A stretch of DNA of 32,000 nucleotides, from sequence record CM128349.1. The stretch is one strand, 5' to 3'. How positions within the stretch are numbered: position 1 is the first letter of the stretch; every line of letters begins with the position of its first letter. This document shows, piece by piece, positions 1 through 9,083 of the stretch. The notes under the pieces are model-generated. The model saw only the letters and a list, made by a program, of their open reading frames with translations. It ran no database searches and was not told the origin of the DNA. The position numbers and the translations under genes are program-made.

Positions 1-84
1 TATTATACTTAAAAGAGTATAATTACAAATTGCAAATAGCAAATAAAATACGACAATTAGTTTTAATTGTTTAAATATCAGGAT

Positions 85-1875
85 GAATTTAATTTTGGTT
101 CTGATTGAACGTTTTTCAGTAGTTTTAAGACATGCGAATCGTTGTTCTAAAAAAGTTTAATATGAAAATATTAAATAATATAGAATAAGGTGTAAAGCGT
201 GAGTAATGATAAATTAGATACCTTATAGTCTCCATAATTAGGGGATAGTAATATACATTTCTAAGCTAATTAGCTCAGAGATTACTTAAAGTAAAAATTT
301 ACCATAAGGAAAAGTATTACATAAATGTAGCTATCTATAATAAAGGAAATTTTCTGCTATAAGAATTGATTTATTTTGTTTAATGGTAGTTGGTAGGGTA
401 AAGGCCTACCAAGCCTACGATCAATAGCCATGTTTGAGAGAACTATTGGCCACATTGGGAGTGAAATGCCCCAAGTAGTTTAACTACCAGCAGTCAAGAA
501 TATTAGTCAATGCTCGCAAGAGTGAACTAGCTAACTGAAATCATAATATCACTATAACAAGTGCTAATTATGATAACGTAAGGGAAAAAAATGATGTTAC
601 CTTACTATAAGTGTTGTCCAAATTACTGGTGCCAGAAGACTCGGTAACACCAGAAACGCGAACGTTAGTCGTCATAAACAGGCGTAAAGGGTGTGTAGGC
701 TGCTTTAAAAGTTTTATCACAAGTAAAGCTTTTTCTAATTTAAAAAAATTAGAATGTTGAAATAAAATTAATTAAAGCTAGAATCAAATTGAGGATAAAC
801 CAAACAATATCCAGAGTAAGGATGAAATCTATAGATACTGGATGGAGTTCTAAAGGTGAAAGCTTTTTATCTATTAATGATTGACGCTGAGAAACGAAGG
901 TGAGAATAGAAATAGGATTAGATACCCAGTTACCTCTCACTGTCAACGATGAATGGTAATTATTAGTTAATATAAATTAGTAATGATGTTAACGCGTTAA
1001 CCATTCCGCCTTGCGAGTACGGTTGCAATACTGAAACCAAAAAAATTAGTCGGTCTCGGAGCAAACGAAGTGAAGCATGTTATTTAATACGAGACTACGC
1101 GTAAAACCTTACCAGTTCTTGCATAAACCATTCAATTTTGAATGAGTAATTTCTAATTTTTATAGAAATTCGTTTACAGGTGTTGCATGGCTGTCGTCAG
1201 TCCGTGTTGTGAAAAGTGAGGTTAACTCCACTAACGGACGAAATCCCTGTTGTTAATTTATACTTAACAATTTATGAATTTTAAATATTTTCATTTGGGG
1301 CTAAGACAAGTCGTTATGGCCCTCATGAACTGGGCTATCAACGTGCCACGAAAACTTTTACAAAGTGATGCAAAAACCGAACTCTATGACTATGGCTATG
1401 CCTAGTCAATAAATGAATTTTTTTAATATTTTATTAAATTTATTAATTTATTAGAGTTTTAAGGAATAGCTAATCATTAAAGAAAGTTAAATTTAATTAA
1501 ATTTATTAACAGATTGTTGCCTGCAATTCGGCAACATGAAGAAGGAATTTCGAGTAATCGTTGATCAGTAGCGCAACGGTGAAGTGTGCATCCGTGATGA
1601 ACTAACTGTCTGTCGCTGGGAGGAGCTCGGATCGGGGGAAACTGCCGCGAGATTAAAACTTTTTCAAAGAATACACAATATATAATAAGATATGCTGTAT
1701 TTTATTATATAATTAAATTAAATTAAAGTTTAATTTAAGTGTTGTTTGTAAACTTTATTTTTAAAGTATTTATTTAAAAACTTCTTTGTTAAGATAATTA
1801 GTTTCAGTTAACCCTTCTGAGTAACATCTCAAAAGTCATAGCAAGGTAGCTGTACTGGAAAGTGCTGCTGGAAAA
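85..1875 (+). rRNA. rns: mitochondrial small-subunit rRNA
   Basis: Universal 16S blocks occur in order. GATTGAACG..ACATGC lies at about 100-135, GTGCCAGAAGACTCGGTAA at about 629 and GGATTAGATACCC at about 915. GCATGGCTGTCGTCAG lies at about 1185 and AAGTCATAGCAAGGTAGC..CTGCTGGA at 1833-1873. AT-rich expansions separate the blocks. Ends are approximate (+-30 nt). Confidence 0.92.
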
Positions 1876-1883
1876 TATATTTA

Positions 1884-1896
1884 TTTAAACCCCCAT
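1884..1896 (+). promoter_or_regulatory. C-rich 3'-end motif (TTTAAACCCCCA) just downstream of rns
   Basis: The C5 run at 1890-1894 lies about 17 nt after the 16S 3' terminal block. It has the same TTAAACCCCC core as the motifs after the protein genes. Confidence 0.6.
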
Positions 1897-1935
1897 TTAT
1901 AATTTTTATTTTTGTTTTTCTAATATTTAAATTTA

Positions 1936-1996
1936 TCTATAATTTTATAATTTATAATTTTATAACTTTTATAATTTTATATTTTTATAATTTAAC
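1936..1996. repeat. tandem repeat, about 7 units of TAATTTTA-like octamer
   Basis: Read directly: tataatttta taattta taatttta taactttta taatttta tattttta taattt. Confidence 0.7.
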
Positions 1997-2048
1997 AATA
2001 AATGTTTCGTGTTTTATTGGCGAAGCATTTTTACCTGCCATAGTATTA

Positions 2049-2119
2049 GGGAGGTTAGCTGAGTGGTTTAGCAGTAATTTTACACATTACAGACAGAGTT
2101 TCGATTACTCTACTTCCTA
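2049..2119 (+). tRNA. trnV: tRNA-Val (anticodon UAC)
   Basis: Cloverleaf by hand. Acceptor is GGGAGGT/ACTTCCT with G-U pairs. Anticodon arm is GTAAT-TTTACAC-ATTAC. T arm is AGAGT-TTCGATT-ACTCT. Confidence 0.85.
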
Positions 2120-2387
2120 TTTTTTATTTAATTTTAAATTATTATATTTTCCTACACTTAACTTTAAATAATAATATATTTACTAGTGATTATAATTTTT
2201 TTTATCTATTATTATATGATTAGCTTTGCTTTGATAGCAAGTAAATAATTCATTTACTATATTTTACATTTATTAAACAATTACAGTACTTAGTATTAGT
2301 GGTGCGATTAGTATTTAGTAATCAGTACTTATTTTATTAAAAAAATAATCAGTGTTCGGTTGCTTTGCTAGCGAATAGATTGCAAAG

Positions 2388-2460
2388 GGTTAAGTTTACA
2401 GATGGTTTCTGTAGTAGACCTGCAAAGTCTATCTCTTAGGGTTCAATTCCTTCTTAACTC
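2388..2460 (+). tRNA. trnC: tRNA-Cys (anticodon GCA)
   Basis: Acceptor is GGTTAAG/CTTAACT and D stem is TACA/TGTA. Anticodon arm is TAGAC-CTGCAAA-GTCTA. T loop is GGGTTCAATTCC. Confidence 0.85.
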
Positions 2461-2724
2461 TATATTTTATATTATAAAGTTTTAATTTATTCTTTTTTAA
2501 ATTTTATTTGTTTAGTAATATAGTAATCTAAAGACTACAGATACTGGCACTTGCACAGCTAATAATTGTTTGCTCCGTTGATTAGCTAACCATTATAAAA
2601 TATAAATTTTTAATTTAATAATTTGTGTTTATAATATTTAACAAATAAAAATATATTAATAATTATTATAAAATATATGGTTCTTGCAAAACAAAGTATA
2701 ATACTTAAATTGCAAAGCCAAAAA

Positions 2725-2797
2725 GGTAAAATTAGTTTAATTGGTAAAATGACGTCTTGTGGCGACGATGTTCAGAGTTCGAGTCTCTGATTTTACA
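2725..2797 (+). tRNA. trnH: tRNA-His (anticodon GUG) with genome-encoded G-1
   Basis: Acceptor is GTAAAAT/ATTTTAC, preceded by an extra G at 2725. Anticodon loop is TTGTGGC. T arm is AGAGTTCGAGTCTCT. Confidence 0.85.
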
Positions 2798-2955
2798 AGT
2801 TTATATTTAAAATTTTTTGTTAATTTATATTGCTAACTAAAGACTTAAAAACAATACTTAAACCTTAATATAGAAGATATAAAGATATCAAATTTTTATA
2901 TTATAAATACTAATATTATATTTTTAATTTATTCAAAAAATAAATTATGCGAGTT

Positions 2956-3038
2956 GCGAGTATGCCGAAATTGGTAGCCGGGTGTTCCTTAGGAGTTCAT
3001 GATTTTTAATTGTAAGAGTTCAAGTCTCTTTACTCGTA
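2956..3038 (+). tRNA. trnL: tRNA-Leu (anticodon UAG), long variable arm
   Basis: Acceptor is GCGAGTA/TACTCGT and T arm is AAGAG-TTCAAGT-CTCTT. Anticodon loop is CTTAGGA. The variable arm is about 15 nt. The anticodon stem TGTTC/GTTCA has two U-U mismatches, hence lower confidence. Confidence 0.7.
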
Positions 3039-3377
3039 ATTAGAATATAACTATTGTTAATAAGTAGTATTTAGCGGTTGCAAGTATAAATAATTACTAT
3101 ATTAGTTATTATATTACTGGGAACGCTGTGCGTTTCTGAATTATTTAACTTTTTAATAAATAATTATTAAAAGATTACTTATAAAATAATTAAATTTAGT
3201 ACACTATAAACCATAAGTTTATATTTACAATGACCTAAACTTTAATACAAAAAATGTAAGTTGTACTGCAAGCACTATATTAATCATATTTTAATAAAGT
3301 TAAAATTAATACATTTAAATATGATTTTTAAAAATAATTAATAAATTATTATTTTTATATATATTAAAAAATTAGTT

Positions 3378-3450
3378 TGAAAACACCTGGACTTGAACCA
3401 AGACTTTCCCCATTAAAAGTGGGACACTCCACCACTCGAGTTCTGCTTTC
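3378..3450 (-). tRNA. trnK: tRNA-Lys (anticodon UUU)
   Basis: Reverse complement folds. Acceptor is GAAAGCA/TGTTTTC and D stem is ACTC/GAGT. Anticodon arm is TCCCA-CTTTTAA-TGGGG. T arm is TCTTGGTTCAAGTCCAGG. Confidence 0.88.
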
Positions 3451-3660
3451 TATTTTATAGTTTAATTTAATTTTATTAATTAATTTATTATTTCTTTTAA
3501 ATTACTATTAAATCAAAATTTTTAATTATTAAGCTAATTTAAAAAACTCTAAATAATCTTTTCATAAATTATAAATTTATTGTCAGAGGCTAGCAATTAT
3601 TAGCGAAGTGCTGCTACTGCTTCGCAGCAGCAGTATTTTTTTGTTTTGTTTATAAAAAAT

Positions 3661-3698
3661 TAGCTTGTTAGCTTGCTAGCTTGCTTTCGAAGCAAGTA
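3661..3698. repeat. GCTAGC/TTGCT hairpin-family element (tagcttg x3 then hairpin TTGCTT-TCG-AAGCAA)
   Basis: The sequence tagcttgttagcttgctagcttgctttcgaagcaagta directly abuts the trnR(UCU) 3' end. The hairpin lies at 3681-3695. Confidence 0.7.
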
Positions 3699-3700
3699 TT

Positions 3701-3773
3701 AATCCTCTTCTGGACTCGAACCAGAATTGACACTTTAGAAGAATGATGTTCTAACCTTTTGAACTAAGAGGAC
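3701..3773 (-). tRNA. trnR: tRNA-Arg (anticodon UCU)
   Basis: Reverse complement: acceptor GTCCTCT/AGAGGAT and D stem GTTC/GAAC. Anticodon loop is CTTCTAA, with 4 of 5 stem pairs. T arm is TCTGG-TTCGAGT-CCAGA. Confidence 0.82.
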
Positions 3774-3980
3774 TTAATTTAAAAATATTTAATAATTGTT
3801 GACTTTTAAATAAAGGCTTCTTAACTTAACTTAATACCAATTAATAATTATAATTCTATAGATATTAGCTTACGAATAAATTAACTTATTTTTAATTTAT
3901 TAATTAAAATTTATTTATAATAATAATTGGTAAAATTAACAAATTAATTTTTATACTCTTTTAAATACTTAAAATTTTAA

Positions 3981-3998
3981 TAGGGGGGGTTTAATTTT
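3981..3998 (-). promoter_or_regulatory. C-rich 3'-end motif downstream of nad4 (sense: AAAATTAAACCCCCCCTA)
   Basis: The G7 run at 3983-3989 on the plus strand lies about 180 nt past the nad4 stop, in the sense orientation of nad4. Confidence 0.55.
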
Positions 3999-4167
3999 AA
4001 ATTAAATAAACTATAAATTAAATATTAAAAATATTTATTATAAATATTTTTTATTAAACAATATAAATTTAATTCAATTACTTAAAAAATTTAATAAATA
4101 TTATAATAATACAAAATTTATATTTATTTATAATGTATTCATTAAGTTAATAGAATAGGTATTAAAT

Positions 4168-5609
4168 TTAGCTTATATATAATAAAGCAGATACTGATGT
4201 ATGAAGAGTGTTTAAGATTACATTAGGTAATATACCAAATGCTACTGTAGGTATTAATAAACTAATTAAAAGGTAATATTCTCTTCTATTGATATCCTTT
4301 AATGGAGGTAATGAAGGTGATAAGTTACCATAAGATAATCTATTAAATAAGAATAAAGATAACATGCAGATAAAACAATACCAGTTGCACCCAATATAGC
4401 AATAATAGGATTTTGTTGCCATATACCAATTAAAGATAATTGTTCACCTAAGAAATTTTAACTTAATGGTATACCAGTATTACTAATGATAAAAATAAAG
4501 AATAATATAGTAATACAGGCATATATGTAGCTAAACCTCTAATAGTTAACAATTCTTTTACCAGTTCTATCATAAATAATACCACCTACACAAATAATAG
4601 TGCTGGGTGAAACAAATCCATGAGCTATTGCTAATAATATAGCTCCTTCAATACCTTGAATATTATTACTAAATAATCCTAGATACTCACCCATGTGTGC
4701 AATACTTCTATAAGCAATTAATCTTTTTGTATCTTGTTGAATTATAGTAGAAAAACTAGCATAAATTATAGCAATAATTGCTATAGTTTGTATTAAAGGA
4801 TTGAAATAATTAGTAGCATCTGGTAATATATTTATTAATACTCTTAAATATCCATATGTAGCTAATTTTAATATTGTAGCAGCTAATATAATTGATCCAG
4901 CTAAAGGTGAATCAGCATGAGCTTTAGGTAACCATATTATGAAAGGATATAATGGAGTTTTTACAGCAAAAGCTATAAAAAAAGCTAACCATAAAAATTT
5001 TTGACTATCTAAACTAATTTCATATAAAGAAATTAATTGGAAATCTGTAGATCCAATATAATTATATATTCTAAAAATAGCTAATAACATTGGTAAACTA
5101 CCAGCTAAAGTATATAAAAAGATAAATATGCTGATCTAAATCTATCTTTACCATGTCCAAATATTACAATAACTAAAATAATATAGGTAAAACACTTTCA
5201 AAGAAAATATAAAATAGTAATAAATCTAAAGAAACAAAAGCAGCAATTTGTAAAGTTTCTAATAATAAGAAAGATATTAAAAAGAATTTTAAATCTTTAG
5301 TTATATTTGTATAATTTGATAATAAGCAATTGGTGTTACAAATGTTGTTAATAATACAAAATATAAAGAGATTCCATCTATTCCAAAATTTAAATGACAA
5401 AAATTTAATTGATTAAATTCAGATACAAATTGAAATTGTGTAGTATTTGAATCAAATTGAAACCAAATTAATAATGATAAAAATAAATTAATTAAAGATG
5501 TTGTTAAAGCTATTTTTTTCATTTGTATTTTACTATGTAAATTATTTTCTGACATAGGTAAAATCATTAATGAACCTATTATAGGTATAAGTAAAAGTAA
5601 AGTTATCAT
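4168..5609 (-). CDS. nad4: NADH dehydrogenase subunit 4, reading frame interrupted (six frame changes and one in-frame TAA)
   Basis: Four track ORFs plus two short unlisted frame segments together give a collinear NAD4. Conserved stretches include MITLLLLIPIIGS, FGIDGISLYFVLLTTF, LDLLLFYIFFESVLP, FGHGKDRFRSAY and FLYTLAGSLPMLLAI. Further stretches are WLPKAHADSP, RGLATYMP, NTGIPLS, QQNPIIAILGATG and NRLSYGN..DINRREY. ATG is at 5607-5609 and TAA at 4168-4170. Confidence 0.85.
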
Positions 5610-5870
5610 TTTTTTTATAAACTCAATCTTTTTTAAACCTTATTTAATTTATATTTTAGCTATGCTAAAAACTATATATTTTATATATAGTAAAATTAAA
5701 ATGGTTACATTTTATTCGTTAGCAAACTATAGCCAAGGCTAGTAGAAGAGCAGAAATATAAAAAATTAAAAAGAAAGAAATGAGGGTTTTATAATTACTA
5801 TATTAAATTTAAAACTAAAAATTAAGTTTTATGTTTTTGAATTAAATTTTCAACCTATTCTAAGTTTGGG

Positions 5871-5888
5871 GATAGGGGGTTTAATAAA
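5871..5888 (-). promoter_or_regulatory. orphan C-rich motif (sense: TTTATTAAACCCCCTATC) between trnA and nad4
   Basis: The G5 run at 5875-5879 has the same core and orientation as the gene-terminal motifs. No ORF or RNA gene ends just upstream of it. Confidence 0.45.
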
Positions 5889-6309
5889 TTTTTAATCGTA
5901 TTTTTATTATAATATCATATCTAATTATTAAATTTAATATAAAATAAATTAATTTTAACATAATTATATTTACTAAAATAATAAGCAAACATAAAAATAT
6001 TAGTATATGTTAATCTAATAAATCATAAAATTGACCATTTACGGGTATAAGTATTAATAAAGAAAATAATAATTTTTTAAAACAATTAATAAACATAAAA
6101 TAATTACAATTGTTCCGCTATTATTAATAAGTTTTTAATTAGTGAAGCAATTAAATAACCATTTCATTTTTTTTATTAAGAAAATTATTTTTTTAAAAAT
6201 ATTATATAATTTATATAATATATAAATTTGTATATAATAAATATTTTTATATTATAAGGTTATTTCCACATTAACTTTATGATACATACATAAATTGATT
6301 TAAATTTAC

Positions 6310-6380
6310 TGGAGAAAGATAGATTCGAACTATCATATTTGTAGTGCAAGTACAACTGATTACCATTATCAGATTCCCCC
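6310..6380 (-). tRNA. trnA: tRNA-Ala (anticodon UGC) with G3:U70
   Basis: Reverse complement: acceptor GGGGGAA/TTTCTCC gives the G3-U70 identity pair. D stem is TGAT/ATCA. Anticodon arm is TTGTA-CTTGCAC-TACAA. T arm is GATAG-TTCGAAT-CTATC. Confidence 0.9.
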
Positions 6381-6710
6381 TTAATGTAATATCTTTATAA
6401 ACTCAGTAGATCATATTTAGTAGTAATTTAATTACTCAAAGATTTATTTGCTCCGTTAATACTATTAAATATTATTAGCTAGCTAGCAAATATAATACTA
6501 ATTATATTTTAAGTGGTTATTAAAACTCGTTTATATTACAAATAAAATTTTAAAAATTTATTATTCTCTTTTATTGTTAGCAAACTAGCAATTATAAGAG
6601 CTAGAATTATTTATTAGAATAATAAAAAAAACTTTTAATAAAATTAAAGTGGAATTATAATATTTTTATTATACTCTTATATTGGAAATATTATAATATT
6701 TGTCTAGTTA

Positions 6711-6768
6711 TGATTGCTATGCTTTGATTTGTTAAGGCTAGTTTGCTTTCAAAGCAAGTATTAGCTAA
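6711..6768. repeat. hairpin-family element (..gctttgat.. then TTGCTT-TCA-AAGCAA)
   Basis: The sequence is tgattgctatgctttgatttgttaaggctagtttgctttcaaagcaagtattagc. The hairpin at 6743-6757 is near-identical to the one at 3681-3695. Confidence 0.7.
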
Positions 6769-6890
6769 TATAAAATTTAAATTAAGACTAAATTAATGCT
6801 ACTTTTAATTAAATTTTAATTAATAAATTAATTAAATTATTAAAAAATTAGTTGTAAGGCAAATTACTATAAATTAAAATATAAACAAAA

Positions 6891-6904
6891 TAGGGGGTTA
6901 ATTT
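6891..6904 (-). promoter_or_regulatory. C-rich 3'-end motif downstream of cox2 (sense: AAATTAACCCCCTA)
   Basis: The G5 run at 6893-6897 lies 30 nt past the cox2 stop. Confidence 0.65.
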
Positions 6905-6926
6905 AAGTATAAAAATTTATAATAAA

Positions 6927-7685
6927 TTATTGAGATGCTGAATCTAACCAAACTAAGAAGTCTTGAGAAGATACTGCTTCAATTACTATAGGCATAAATC
7001 CATGCCATACTCCGCAGATTTCTGAACATTGTCCATAGAAAGTTCCAGGTCTTTCAGCTAAGAAAGAAACTTGATTTAATCTACCTGGTACAGCATCTAA
7101 TTTCAATCCTAAAGAAGGTACAGCAAAAGAATGTATTACATCAGCTCCAGTAACAATTACTCTAATATGGCAATCAGCAGGTACTATTAATTTATTATCT
7201 ACATCTAATAATCTGAATTGACCTAATTCTAAATCTGATTCTGGAATCATATAAGAATCAAAATCAATAGAATCACCACTATCTGTAATAAAATCAGAAT
7301 ATTCATAAGACCAATACCATTGGTGTCCAACTACTTTAATAGTTAATGTTGGTGCTATTACCTCATCCATTAAATATAATAATCTAAATGAAGGGAAAGC
7401 AATAGCAATTAATATTAATGCTGGAGTAACTGTCCAAATTAATTCTAACACAGTACCATGAGTTAAATATTTATGTGCTATAGGATTTTTATTAATGTTG
7501 TAATAATAAATAACTGAAAATAACATCCAGAATACTGCAAAACTAATAACAATTAAATAAAATCCAATTGTATTATGTAATGTTACTAATCCTGTAAAAC
7601 CTGGTGCAGCACTATCTTGAAAACCTAATTGCCAAGGCTCAGGTGCATCATTATATATTGTATTTAAATTTGAAAAAAAAGTCAT
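6927..7685 (-). CDS. cox2: cytochrome c oxidase subunit 2
   Basis: Intact 252-aa ORF running from ATG to TAA. It carries the CuA motif HSFAVPSLGLKLDAVPGRLNQ..GQCSEICGVWHGFMP. Confidence 0.97.
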   Translation of the reverse strand: MTFFSNLNTIYNDAPEPWQLGFQDSAAPGFTGLVTLHNTIGFYLIVISFAVFWMLFSVIYYYNINKNPIAHKYLTHGTVLELIWTVTPALILIAIAFPSFRLLYLMDEVIAPTLTIKVVGHQWYWSYEYSDFITDSGDSIDFDSYMIPESDLELGQFRLLDVDNKLIVPADCHIRVIVTGADVIHSFAVPSLGLKLDAVPGRLNQVSFLAERPGTFYGQCSEICGVWHGFMPIVIEAVSSQDFLVWLDSASQ

Positions 7686-7826
7686 TTTTAATTTTTAATT
7701 TTCGATCTTAATTTTCTGACTATGTATTATTATTTTTACTTTATAAATTTTATTATAACTTATAATAAGCTAAATTAGTTAAGTTAACTTAATATTTATA
7801 TTACTTAAACTATTTTTATAATTATA

Positions 7827-7863
7827 ATTATTACTATTATTACTATTATTATTACTATTATTA
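7827..7863. repeat. microsatellite-like (ATTATTACT)n
   Basis: Read directly: attattactattattactattattattactattatt. Confidence 0.7.
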
Positions 7864-7880
7864 TATAATATAACTATTAT

Positions 7881-7920
7881 AATTACAATTACAATTACAA
7901 TTACAATTAAAATTACAATT
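7881..7920. repeat. hexanucleotide tandem repeat (AATTAC)n, about 6 units
   Basis: Read directly: aattacaattacaattacaattacaattaaaattacaatt. Confidence 0.8.
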
Positions 7921-8499
7921 TTAAAATATTAAAGTATTAAATTTAAATTTTTATAGTCAGTATTTTCTTTATCTGTAAAATTTATAGATAAAGACTTAAT
8001 TAATTATTAATTTTGTTTGATTAGTAACCAGACTGAGTTATACTGAGTCATACTGACTCAGACTTATTCAAACTAGTAGTATTAATATTTTATATATTAG
8101 ATTATATATTTGTATTAATTTATTAAATTTTTAATTGAATTAAATTTATTAGCAGAAAAATTGAATGATAAATAAAATGATAAATAAATTGTATGTATAA
8201 AAACAGTAAATTATTAAAACTTACTGGATATTTATACTATACTTGTTCCGGTAATAATATTTTTTTAAATTATAATTTATTAATAAGTAAATATTTAATA
8301 AGAATAATTTTATAAATTAAACTTAATAAGTTATTTACTTATTAGACAAAATTAACATCTTAAGATTTATCTTTGTAGTAAATTCTTATATTTAAAATAA
8401 CTTTTTTGCAATGCAAATTTTAAGTTATTATAATATAATCTAAGAAGTAAAGGAATTGAACCTTTATAATATTAAAAATATTTAATATAATTTTCTAAT

Positions 8500-8533
8500 T
8501 ACTTGCTAGCTTTGCTAGCAAAACAAGCAAGTT
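8500..8533. repeat. hairpin-family element (tacttgctagctttgctagcaaaacaagcaagt)
   Basis: It contains two GCTAGC cores. Terminal ACTTGC../..GCAAGT arms can pair. Confidence 0.7.
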
Positions 8534-8580
8534 AAATAAACATAAAAATAAATAAAATTATTAATGTAATAATTTTATAT

Positions 8581-8598
8581 TACTTGCTAGCAAGCTAA
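8581..8598. repeat. hairpin-family element, perfect palindrome CTTGCTAGCAAG
   Basis: A 12-nt perfect palindrome lies at 8583-8594. Confidence 0.7.
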
Positions 8599-8954
8599 CT
8601 ATCTAATCGAAGATTTAATTAAATCTTATATTATTAAGTTTCTATTTTGTATTAATTTTTTTTATATATTAAATATCCTTATCTTCTTGATTTGTAAAAT
8701 AAATATAGTAAAATCATTGTTATCTTGCAAAACTAGCAAAGCAAGCAAGTAATACTATATAAATTTTTGTAATGATTTTTTTTAGTTGAGCAAGAATTAT
8801 TACTAAAAAATAATTAATTATAAATAATAATATAGAATTTTAAGAATGTATAACCAGTAAAATTTTTATTAATGATAAGATATAATAGAATATAAATATA
8901 GAATTAATAAATAAAATTATATAATTTATAAATAGGTAATATGGAAATAATAGA

Positions 8955-8970
8955 GAGGGGGGATTAAAAA
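8955..8970 (-). promoter_or_regulatory. C-rich 3'-end motif downstream of cob (sense: TTTTTAATCCCCCCTC)
   Basis: The G6 run at 8957-8962 lies about 120 nt past the cob stop. Confidence 0.6.
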
Positions 8971-9083
8971 TTTAATTATAAAAATATAGATATTATAAAT
9001 ATAACTTTTCTTATTAAAATAATTTAATTTAAAAAGTTTATATTACATTTTAATATACTTGCTAACAAGCTTATAAAAAATAA

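Noticed and set aside
749-946. 65-codon minus-strand ORF inside rns
   Set aside because: It lies entirely within conserved 16S sequence (the GGATTAGATACCC region). It starts at TTG and shows no protein similarity. It is a by-product of the rRNA sequence.
4168-5609. Explaining the split nad4, cox1 and nad4L ORFs by a TGA=Trp code table or by introns
   Set aside because: The interrupting stops are TAA or TAG (5301, 5173, 4539, 17948, 28025), not TGA. The conserved continuation is in a different frame within a few nucleotides, with no inserted sequence. Neither code choice nor introns nor byp-like inserts fit.
5173-5609. Treating the overlapping ORFs 5301-5609 and 5173-5400 as two separate genes
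   Set aside because: Together they form one collinear NAD4 N-terminus. The overlap is only the out-of-frame read-through on either side of a frame change.
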